A stretch of DNA of 64,000 nucleotides from an uncultured delta proteobacterium. GTDB lineage: Bacteria; Desulfobacterota; Binatia; UBA9968. Every line of letters begins with the position of its first letter. The first letter of the stretch is position 1. The DNA lies in assembly GCA_963728565.1 (NCBI GenBank), contig CAVSLC010000019.1, forward strand, positions 128,001 through 192,000, given 5' to 3'. The notes below the pieces were generated by a model. It had not been told where the DNA came from. It did not search any database and saw only the letters and a program-made list of their open reading frames with translations. Both the position numbers and the translations under genes were made by a program. This document shows positions 33,094-41,681 of the stretch, piece by piece.

Positions 33094-33510
33094 TCATTCA
33101 ACGGGGAGAATCGTAATTCGAAGCTCCGATCGAAGCAATTCAAAGTCCGAATGATTGGCAGTAACAACGGTTGCTCCATAGCGCCGTGCGGTGAGTGCAA
33201 TTAAAGCGTCGTTCTGAAAATCCCGACGCTTGTGTATGTCCCAATTCTGCTTATCGCCGAGTTTTCTGATAAGCCTCCCTGCCTCCCACCAGTCAGCTAC
33301 CGAAGGCTCCCAGCGCACCGTGGCCAGTTCAAATAGGGCGAGCACGAGTCGCTCGGGCTCACTCCCACGAGCACCGCGCCGAAGCTCGGACAACACCACT
33401 GCTGAATGGCGAATAATGTAGGCTCGCCTGAGACTCTCCATAGTTTCCTGATACAACCCGCGCTCCCAATGATCGATGTAGATACTGGTGTCCAGAATCG
33501 CTACAGCCAT
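33094..33510 (-). CDS. vapC: PIN-domain toxin (VapC family)
   Basis: ILDTSIYI, VLSEL, NDALIALTA, VVTANHSDF. Confidence 0.9.
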   Translation of the reverse strand: MAVAILDTSIYIDHWERGLYQETMESLRRAYIIRHSAVVLSELRRGARGSEPERLVLALFELATVRWEPSVADWWEAGRLIRKLGDKQNWDIHKRRDFQNDALIALTARRYGATVVTANHSDFELLRSELRITILPVE

Positions 33511-33511
33511 G

Positions 33512-33715
33512 TCAGGACTTTTCCACGCTGCCCGGTCTGAGAGAACGGCGCGTTTTTATCATAAACTCCCAAAACTCCTCCATTTCTGCGACGCGCTCAA
33601 CGGACAATCGAATGACTTCCGCCTCCGTCTTTACCCCAAGGGCTTTTTTGGCGCGCTTAAGCGCGCGTTCATCGACAAAATAAGATTTGCGTTTTAGTTT
33701 CGCTCTCGGTGCCAT
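33512..33715 (-). CDS. Putative antitoxin (VapB-like, ribbon-helix-helix)
   Basis: 67 aa, KRKSYFVDERALKRAKKALGVKTEAEVIR, ending 1 nt before vapC. GGAGG SD. Confidence 0.8.
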   Translation of the reverse strand: MAPRAKLKRKSYFVDERALKRAKKALGVKTEAEVIRLSVERVAEMEEFWEFMIKTRRSLRPGSVEKS

Positions 33716-33897
33716 TTGACCTCCAGATTATTTCAGGTGGTGTGCATACATCATAGAAGAGATAGGCATATCCATCAAGCCGCTGGTTGGCTCACCACGG
33801 TGTTTGAGCAGTTGCGTTGGTTCGCAGAGGTGCCCCAAAGTTCTTGTTTTTGGTGAAGAAGGAAGAATTAGCCGAGGCTTGACCGAATCATCGGCGA

Positions 33898-34548
33898 TTA
33901 CTTTCTCAATGCCGTGGCTTTCGCTGCCATATAGGGTTCTTTACTCGCCAAGATGATTTCGTGGAGATAATTGACATATTTGATTTCCGCCCACCGTCCG
34001 TTTGTTTGCAGAGCGCTCAACGATCCGTTGTCGACCCGTAGTCTTCTATATTCATTGAGCGGCAATTTCATGTAGTGGCAAAGAATCGCCCGGATGACGT
34101 CGCCATGGGAAACGAAAAGAAATCGGCCGTCCGGGACTTTGTGCGCGGCTTCGTCGATCACCTTCAAGCCGCGCCTCTGCACGTCGGAGATGGTTTCTCC
34201 CCCCAGCAGGAGAGTCTTTGCCGGCGACTTGATGAAGCGGCGATAAAGCTCGTCATCGATCAGATCTTCGAAATACCGGCCCGCCCATTCGCCGTAGGCG
34301 ATCTCGTTCAATCCTTCGCTCTTGCAAATTGGTAACTTCGTTTCCGCCGCGACGACTTTGGCGGTTTGCACCGCCCGCCGTAGCGGACTGCTGTAGATGC
34401 CATCGAGCTCCAGCGTTGCAACCAGCGGCGCAATCTTTTGTATCTGTTGGACTCCATCGGCACCGAGTGGCACCTGGGTGCGCCCCATGACTCGTCCTAA
34501 CTTGTTCCAGGCAGTTTCACCGTGACGCAGTAAAAAGACAGTTACCAT
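33898..34548 (-). CDS. Histidine phosphatase family protein (GpmB/CobC-like)
   Basis: LLRHGET.WN, YSSPLRRA, EIAYGEW, GETI, VSHGD. Confidence 0.92.
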   Translation of the reverse strand: MVTVFLLRHGETAWNKLGRVMGRTQVPLGADGVQQIQKIAPLVATLELDGIYSSPLRRAVQTAKVVAAETKLPICKSEGLNEIAYGEWAGRYFEDLIDDELYRRFIKSPAKTLLLGGETISDVQRRGLKVIDEAAHKVPDGRFLFVSHGDVIRAILCHYMKLPLNEYRRLRVDNGSLSALQTNGRWAEIKYVNYLHEIILASKEPYMAAKATALRK

Positions 34549-34562
34549 TTACACGAAGCTCC

Positions 34563-34592
34563 AAAAAAAAGGGCCGGCTTCGCGCCGGCCCT
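34563..34592 (-). terminator. Rho-independent terminator after moeB
   Basis: Minus strand GGGCCGGC-gcgaa-GCCGGCCC followed by T8. Confidence 0.85.
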
Positions 34593-34621
34593 GCATGTAC
34601 CGATTGATTTAAGACCTAGAC

Positions 34622-35791
34622 TCAGTGTCGCAAACTGCAGAACTCTTCGTAATCGATCAATTCCTTGATCGTCGGGTTATCGCCGCACATCGGGCACTTC
34701 GGATCGCGGCGCAACTTCAAGGTATTGATTTCCATCGTCAAGGTGTTGAAGCACAGCAGCCGGCCGATCAAGCTGTCGCCTTTGTCGAGAATGAGCTTGA
34801 TGGCTTCCAACGCTTCAATGACGCCGATCAATCCCGGCAGGACGCCCAATACCCCGGCTTCCGCGCAACTCGGCGCCATCTCGGCCGGTGGCGGTTCCGG
34901 GTACAAGCAGCGATAGCAGGGGCCTTTGCCCGGATAAAAAACCGTTGCCTGCCCTTCGAACTGAAAAATGCTGCCATGAACGTTTGGCTTGCCCATCAAA
35001 ACGCAAGCATCGTTGACCAGATATCGGGTGGGGAAATTATCGCAACCGTCGACGACGAAATCGTAATCTTTAAGGATCTCCATGATGTTTTCGGAGGTGA
35101 GCTTTGCCTGATAGGGGATCACCTTCACGTCGGGATTGAGACCTTCCAGAGTTTTTTTCGCCGACTCGACCTTGGGTGTGCCGACCCGATCGTTTGCATG
35201 GAGTATCTGGCGCTGCAAATTGGAAATATCGACGACGTCGTTGTCGATGATACCCAAAGTGCCGACTCCGGCGGCTGCCAGATAATACGCCGCCGGTGAA
35301 CCTAGACCGCCGGCGCCGACCATTAGAATTTTTGCTCCGAGGAGTTTGGCTTGCCCTTCCTCACCGACTTCCGGCAGCAGGAAATGCCGGCTGTAGCGAA
35401 CCAGTTGCTCGGGCGTGTATTGAAAATCTTGCACCCATTTGTAACCGGCGTTCTTCCAGGCGGCGTATCCTCCGGACATCGACGTAACGTTTTGATAACC
35501 CATCTCTTTTAAAATTTTGCCTGCCAGAAGCGATCGGGTTCCGCCGGCGCAGTACGCAATGATCGGCGTGTTCTTTTCCGGCACTGCGGTTTCAACTTTA
35601 ATCTCGAGGAAACCGCGTGGCAGTGAAAGCGCTCCCTCGAGATGCCCCTCACGCCATTCATCTTTTTCTCGAACATCGAGCAGAACGTGGCCTTTGCCGT
35701 TGTTGGTCAAAAGGTCGTTTACCTGTTGCGCCGTGACCTCCGGAATTTCCTTGCGCGCGTCGGCCATAATCTCTTGGAACGTCTTGGCCAT
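34622..35791 (-). CDS. moeB: Rhodanese-ThiF fusion, molybdopterin-synthase adenylyltransferase (MoeB/MoeZ-type)
   Basis: N-terminal rhodanese (DVRE, YCAGGTRS), then RYSRH, VGAGGLGSP, SNLQRQ, GPCYRC, SCAEAGVLG, CPMC. Confidence 0.92.
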   Translation of the reverse strand: MAKTFQEIMADARKEIPEVTAQQVNDLLTNNGKGHVLLDVREKDEWREGHLEGALSLPRGFLEIKVETAVPEKNTPIIAYCAGGTRSLLAGKILKEMGYQNVTSMSGGYAAWKNAGYKWVQDFQYTPEQLVRYSRHFLLPEVGEEGQAKLLGAKILMVGAGGLGSPAAYYLAAAGVGTLGIIDNDVVDISNLQRQILHANDRVGTPKVESAKKTLEGLNPDVKVIPYQAKLTSENIMEILKDYDFVVDGCDNFPTRYLVNDACVLMGKPNVHGSIFQFEGQATVFYPGKGPCYRCLYPEPPPAEMAPSCAEAGVLGVLPGLIGVIEALEAIKLILDKGDSLIGRLLCFNTLTMEINTLKLRRDPKCPMCGDNPTIKELIDYEEFCSLRH

Positions 35792-35820
35792 GATTCCTCC
35801 TTCTTGGACCTAGAAGGTCT

Positions 35821-35849
35821 AAGTTAAGCCTCGCCAAAAACAATGTCAA
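35821..35849 (-). promoter_or_regulatory. Putative sigma70 promoter of moeB
   Basis: Minus strand TTGACA-N17-TAACTT, then GGAGG SD. Confidence 0.6.
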
Positions 35850-35910
35850 GGAAGGGAAGACACAACTGAACCGCCCATCACAAACTATAACTGTTCAAAG
35901 CCGCCAGTGT

Positions 35911-36762
35911 TCATCTTGTCCTCGGATCGAGCAGATCGCGCAATGCATTACCGACCGTGTTGAACGCCAGTATGGTCAGAACAATGGCGGCGGCGGGGAA
36001 AAAAATAATGTGCGGGTACGCGCGCATCGCGCGCCAGCCGTCCTGCGCCAGCGTTCCCCAGCTGGTGCCCCAGCCGCTGTACGGATCGTTGATTCCCAAG
36101 CCGATAAAGCTAAGCGTCGATTCGGCCAGAATCGCCGCCGGGATGCTGAAGGTCAAGGTGACCAGGATCGGACCGAGAATGTTGGGCAGAATGTGGCGCA
36201 TCAATATCCTGCGCCGGGGCGCGCCCATGGCGCGCGCGCCCTCAACGTAGACAAATTCCTTGGCCTGCAAAACTTGCCCCCGGGTGATGCGCGCGAAGCG
36301 CACCCAGGTTACCAAACCCAAGGCAACCAAGAGGCCGCCGATGCTCTTGCCGAACAGCAGCGACAATAGAATAAAGATCAACAGGTCGGGCAATCCATAG
36401 AAGATGTCGACAAGCCGCATCATGAAGTCGTCGATGTGGCCGCCTTTGAATCCCGAGACCAGTCCATAGGTTGTGCCGATGATTAAGGCGATCAACGCGG
36501 TTCCGATTCCCACGGTCATCGACACTCTCGCACCATATAAGACGCGGGTTAACAGGTCGCGACCGAGCGCGTCCGTGCCCATCGGATGAGTCCATGACGG
36601 TCCCGCGAGAAGATTGTCTTCTCGCAGCTCGCCTGAACCGTACGGCGAGATCCAGGGCACGGCAAATCCGCTAAGCAAAACGATCATGATAAAAACAGCG
36701 CTGGCGCCGGCCAACGCATCAAAGCGGCGGAAGTTGCGAATCTGGGTGGTTGCTGTCGTCAT
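35911..36762 (-). CDS. oppC: Peptide ABC transporter permease, OppC/DppC-like
   Basis: HPMGTDALGRDLLTR, EFVYVEGARAMGA, ESTLSFIGLG. Confidence 0.9.
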   Translation of the reverse strand: MTTATTQIRNFRRFDALAGASAVFIMIVLLSGFAVPWISPYGSGELREDNLLAGPSWTHPMGTDALGRDLLTRVLYGARVSMTVGIGTALIALIIGTTYGLVSGFKGGHIDDFMMRLVDIFYGLPDLLIFILLSLLFGKSIGGLLVALGLVTWVRFARITRGQVLQAKEFVYVEGARAMGAPRRRILMRHILPNILGPILVTLTFSIPAAILAESTLSFIGLGINDPYSGWGTSWGTLAQDGWRAMRAYPHIIFFPAAAIVLTILAFNTVGNALRDLLDPRTR

Positions 36763-36769
36763 GCGCCGC

Positions 36770-37687
36770 TCATTGGCTGCGGATTCGCGGATCGACAATT
36801 CCATAAAGCAGGTCGACGATAAGATTCGCGCTGACCAGGAGAGCCGTATAGATAAGCGTCACACCCATGATCAACGGATAATCCCGATCGGTCACCGCGG
36901 TGATGAAGAAACGCCCCATGCCGGGAATCGCAAAGACGTATTCGACCACGAAAGACCCGGTGAGGAGCGTCGCGGTCAGCGGTCCCATGACCGTGAGCAT
37001 GGGAATCAGCGACTGACTAAGGGCGTGCTTGAACAGCACACCGGCTTCGGTGATGCCCTTGGCGCGGGCGGTACGGATAAAATCTTCGCCCAAGGTTTCG
37101 ATCAATGACGAACGCAGCAGCGCCGAGAGATACGCAGCCGGCGCGGCGCCCAACGTAATAGTCGGTAGGACCGCGCTGCTGAGAGCGTCCCAACGAGCTG
37201 CGTGAAACCAATTGAGCTGGAGAGCCAGCGCCCATATCAATACTGCGCCGAGAATAAAATGAGGCACGGATATTCCGATGGATGCCGAGATCATCAACCA
37301 TCGATCAATCCATGAGCCGCGGCAATAGGCGGCGAACAGGCCGACGGGAATCGAGACTGCAAGCGCGAAGCCGATCGCGAGCGCTCCCAGGAGCGCCGAG
37401 GTCGGCAAGGTATCGCGGACAATATCATTGACGCCCCGATCCAAATACTTATACGAAGGTCCGAGGTCGCCGCGGAGGACGCCGGCGAGATAGCGGAGAT
37501 ACTGCTTGAAGAAAGATTCGTCGAGATGATACTTGGCTTCGAGATTGGCAACGACTTGCGGCGGAAGTTTGCGCTCGCGGTCAAAAGGCCCGCCCGGGGT
37601 CAAGCGCAAAAGCACGAATGTCAAGCTGGCGACGACCCAGAGAACGGCAACGCCGTGGCAAATTCGTTTCAGCAGAAACGGCGCCAT
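36770..37687 (-). CDS. oppB: Peptide ABC transporter permease, OppB-like
   Basis: PGGPF, GDLGPSY, DFIRTARAKG, GSFVVEYVFAIPGMG, RDYPLIMG. Confidence 0.92.
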   Translation of the reverse strand: MAPFLLKRICHGVAVLWVVASLTFVLLRLTPGGPFDRERKLPPQVVANLEAKYHLDESFFKQYLRYLAGVLRGDLGPSYKYLDRGVNDIVRDTLPTSALLGALAIGFALAVSIPVGLFAAYCRGSWIDRWLMISASIGISVPHFILGAVLIWALALQLNWFHAARWDALSSAVLPTITLGAAPAAYLSALLRSSLIETLGEDFIRTARAKGITEAGVLFKHALSQSLIPMLTVMGPLTATLLTGSFVVEYVFAIPGMGRFFITAVTDRDYPLIMGVTLIYTALLVSANLIVDLLYGIVDPRIRSQ

Positions 37688-39212
37688 GAATATTCGATCA
37701 GTTCGGTTACCGAAAGACCGCCCGTCTTAGGCGTAAAGATTACCGCGGGCGCGGCCGCTCTTTTTTCAAGCGCCAAGGTCATTCCTTTGGTTTGGACATA
37801 GATCTGACTGCATTCGCGCCGGGTAAGTTGTTGCAGCAGCATCAGCAGAGGCGTTCTTGCGCTGATGTACTCTTTCGGAGCGCCGGCATCGCGCAGCGCA
37901 TCGACATCGTCTTTGCCGACGACATAATACATCAGCAACTGGTCGTCGTTGACAGAGGAGCCGCCAAATTTGTCTCGAACCTCTTCGAGGGTCGGTTGCG
38001 GCGGCACCCAAGCGGCAAACTCTTTGGCGCGCGGACCGCTTAGCAACTTGTCTTTGATATTGGGATCGACTTCGGATGCTGCTTCTTCGCCCCATAAGCC
38101 GGTTGCATATTGAATCACTTGATCGGTGACTTGGCCGTATCGTTCTCCCTTGATCACGTTGATGGCAGCCTGGCTGCCGACGAACTGCGAAAAAGGCGTG
38201 ACCATGATCGGATAACCGAGATCGGCGCGGACTTGCACCGCCTCCTCGAGGATCTTCGGCAGTAAATGGATCAATCCCAAATTGCGCAGCTGATGATGAA
38301 AGTTAGAGATCATGCCGCCGGGGACCTGGTGGACATACTGGGCATAGTCGTATTCCACGGGCGCGCCGAGAGGCAACTCTTCCTGCTTGGCGAAAACCGT
38401 GAGATCACGGGCTACCGATCCGAGCTCTTGCTCGTCGATGACCGGTGAGTAACCCAAAGCCCGGGCATTCTGGGCGACGTTGAAAATCGATGGATTCGAA
38501 GAAGCGTTGGCCAGGGGCGGAACCGATGTGTCTATTACCTGGACGCCCAGTTTCACCGCTTCCAGCGCGCACAGCGGACCTAAGCCGGTGGTGCAGTGAA
38601 CATGGAGCTCGATAGGAAAACCGGGCGCTTGTTCTTGAATCACTTTGATCAGGGCAGCCGTGCGCTCGGGAGTCAGCAGTCCGCCGGGATCTTTTAAGCA
38701 GATGTAGTCCGGTTTGAGCGCCGGCGGCTTCGCCTGCCTTACGCCGGTAGTAATCCATCGGTGTGTTTGGGCGAAACTGAAAAGATTAGATTCAGCACCG
38801 TGCCGAGGCCGTTGCGCTTGGCCCGGCTGACGGATTTACGCCAACCCGCGGGATCGTTGGCGGGATCGGAGATTCGTAGCTGCTTGATGCCATTGGCGAC
38901 CAGGCGCTCAAACCAGAGCTCGACAACCGAATCCGGGGTCAACTCGAATGCGCTGATGCGTTCGGCGCCGATTGCGCGCAGCGGAGTTTTCCTGATTTTA
39001 TCGGCAACCAGGCGAATGCGCTCAAAGGGATCTTCCTTGAGCTCGCGCACGCATTTTTTGATGTGACTGGAAGCGATCAGCTCGATGGCTTGAAAGCCGG
39101 CATTGTCGATGCGTTCCGCTACCGCCAACATCATGCCAGTGCGCATATTCTCCGCCCACAGGCTGGCTTGCCCATCGCGCAGGGTTGTATCGACGAATCT
39201 TACTTCACTCAT
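37669..39212 (-). CDS. Pyruvate carboxylase subunit B / OadA-like carboxyltransferase (DRE-TIM) lacking a biotinyl domain; frameshift near 38740, true stop may be near 37740
   Basis: DTTLRDGQASL, EDPFERIR, CLKDPGGLL, LHVHCTTG, HQVPGGMISN, LGYPIMVTPFSQFVGSQA. Confidence 0.88.
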
Positions 39213-39225
39213 GTTCTATCCTTGG

Positions 39226-39351
39226 CAGGCTGTTGAAAAAGGCTCACCTGCGTCGTTGCGCTTGCTCGACTCGCTTCAACGTACTGCAAGCGTACGTTCC
39301 GCTCGTCGATTTATCGCGCGCCTCGCATCTGAGACCTTTTTGAACAGCCTG
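39226..39351. mobile_element. 126-bp palindromic MITE/REP-like element
   Basis: Terminal inverted repeats CAGGCTGTTGAAAAAGG and CCTTTTTGAACAGCCTG, extending into ctcacctgcg/cgcatctgag. No ORF. Confidence 0.75.
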
Positions 39352-39409
39352 TAATTTCAGCTTGGATGATACGGTGCCGCAAAAGAGTTATTCCCATCTT
39401 TTAAAATCG

Positions 39410-39487
39410 CGTCATTCCCGAATGCTTTAGCGGGAGTCCACGCCGGACCGGAACTGGACCCAGCGATTAAACTAGTCGGCAGTGACG
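39410..39487. repeat. Degenerate REP-like palindrome
   Basis: CGTCATTCCCG..CGGGAGTCCA..TGGACCC..GTGACG. Confidence 0.5.
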
Positions 39488-39552
39488 TCCTGAAGTAAAT
39501 TCTATCATTATACTCTAATAACTCTGCAGCTTTCACGTATAATTCATTGCAT

Positions 39553-40913
39553 TCAAGCCGGTGAGTATTCCTCCAGCTTCTTTTCGAGCCAGCGGGTATT
39601 CACATGACCGCTCTGATAGTCCTGGTCATCGATGACGGTTTGCAGAAACGGAATTCCGGTGTCGATGCCGGCGACATGGAAGGAAGCCAGGGCTTGCCGC
39701 GTTTTGTTGATTGCCTCGATCGCGATTGGCGCCATGGACGATCAGCTTGGCCAATAACGAATCATAATAGGGCGGCACGAAGTAACCGGAGTAGCAGTGG
39801 CTGTCGACGCGAACGCCCGCGCCATCTGGAGCCTGCCAGTTGGAGATCCGACCGGGGCAGGGGCGGAAACCGTGTTGCGGCGATTCGGCGTTGATGCGGC
39901 ATTCGATAGCATGGCCGGTGAAAGTGATATCCGACTGCTCCAACGACAGCGGTTGGCCGCCGGCGATCAAGTAGTTGTTGCGCGACCAGATCGACGCCGG
40001 TAATCATTTCAGTGACCGGATGCTCGACCTGAATTCTGGTATTCATCTCGAGAAAGAAAAATTCCTGCGTTTCGTTATCGTAAATGAATTCGATGGTGCC
40101 GGCGTTGCGATAGCCGATGCTGCGAGCCAAAGTCGCCGCGGCATCACAAATCTTTGCCCGCACGTCGGCGGCGAGGGCATAGGCGGGCGCCTCTTCGATA
40201 ATTTTTTGATGACGGCGCTGCAGCGAGCAGTCACGTTCGCCCAGGTGAACGACCTTGCCGAAATGATCGCCCAATATCTGAACTTCGATATGCCGCGCAT
40301 CGCCGACGTAGCGTTCCATGTAAAGCGTGTTGTTGCCAAATGCCGCTTGCGCCTCTGCGGCTGCCGTTTTGAAGGTCATTTCCATTTCCGCGGCGTTCGA
40401 GACCAGCTTGATGCCCCGGCCTCCGCCGCCGGCCGATGCTTTGAGCAAGATGGGATAGCCGACGTTCTCGGCCAGCTGAGCAGCTTCCTCTGGAGTCCTG
40501 GCGTGGTCGGATCCCGGCACCGTAGGAACACCGGAGGAGCCGGCGATTTGCCTGGCTTGAAGCTTGTCGCCCATGACGGTGATGTTTTCGACACTGGGCC
40601 CGACAAATGTCAGTTTGTTATCGGCGCAAGCTTGCGCGAGCTCGGCTCGCTCGGAGAGAAAGCCGTAGCCTGGATGAAGCGCGTCGCAACCGGTAGCCTG
40701 GGCGGCGGCGACCAAGGTTGCCGTTCTCAAATAGCTGTCGGTCGACCGCGGCGGGCCGATGCATACCGATCGGCTGGCTAATTTTGCCGCGAGACTTTCG
40801 CGATCCGCTTCGGAAACGGCGGCAACGGTTTCGATCCCCAAAGACTGGCAGGCCTTGATAATACGGACGGCGATTTCGCCGCGATTGGCAACGAGAACTC
40901 GGTTAACGCTCAT
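39553..40913 (-). CDS. accC: Biotin carboxylase, frameshifts near 39970 and 39735
   Basis: [70 protein letters not shown]. Confidence 0.93.
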
Positions 40914-41420
40914 GGTTTAACGAGAAAGAGCGTCTGACCGTATTCGACGAATTGACCATTTTGAGCGACAGCTTCAACGATGGTTCCTTTGACGCCGGCG
41001 CGAACGCTATTGAAAACCTTCATCACTTCGATGAGTCCGACGGTTGTGTCTTCGGTGACATTGGCGCCGACGTGAGTGAACGGCGGGGCGCCGGGCTCCG
41101 GGGCTACATAAAACGTCCCGAGAAGCGGGGCCGTGACCGTGAGCAGTCCTTCGGCGGCGGCGCGGGCTTCCACGCTGGCGGGCGCGGTTGTGCGCAGGCG
41201 CAGCGGCGGCCGCTGCCGGTGCAGCTGCCGGTTTCGCGCTCACAGGCGCGGGTGGCGCGGTGGTCGCCGTAGCGACCTGCTGCGGCGAGGAGTTGAGCGG
41301 GATCGGCTCCCCTTTGCTAACGGTAATTTTGAGCTCGCCTACTTCAAGCTGGAAGTAATCGAATTTGGATTCATCGATCAGTTTCAATATATGCAGCACA
41401 TCATCTTCGCTGAGTTCCAT
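40910..41420 (-). CDS. accB: Biotin carboxyl carrier protein, frameshifted in the Ala/Pro linker
   Basis: N-terminal ILKLIDESKFDYFQLE, linker, then APLLGTFY..P, IEVMKVFN, VEYGQTLF. Confidence 0.9.
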
Positions 41421-41534
41421 ACCGTCTACCTTTCTCGTGATGTTTGTTGCACTGCGGAAGGATTCCGGAAGCGCTGGGTTCTAATGGCACCTACATGATT
41501 TTATGCGCCATGGCAACAATAGTCGCTGGCTCCG

Positions 41535-41668
41535 GTTCCAATCATTCCAGACGTTCCAGTCGCTGCGCTCGTTCGATACGTGCGACTGATGAGATACTTG
41601 CTACGCTTCGGTTTTAGACGCGTCAGCATAACGATTTGAACGATTTGAGCTGCTTGAACGTTTTGAAC
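41535..41668. repeat. Two short arrays of 9-bp units (GTTC(C/A)ANNN) in opposite orientation
   Basis: gttccaatc-attccagac-gttccagtc-gctgcgctc-gttcgatac (41535-41579) and ttgaacgat-ttgagctgc-ttgaacgtt-ttgaac (~41628-41668). Confidence 0.7.
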
Positions 41669-41681
41669 CTCGCCGTTTTTC

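Noticed and set aside
34625-35299. Long antisense ORFs (also 4780-5661, 26800-27582, 39975-40781, 43299-44126)
   Set aside because: These are shadow ORFs opposite well-supported genes in GC-rich DNA, with no motifs.
41535-41668. CRISPR array
   Set aside because: Units are only 9 bp, there are no spacers of CRISPR length, and no cas genes. The AddB PD-(D/E)XK/Fe-S domain is Cas4-like but belongs to AddAB.
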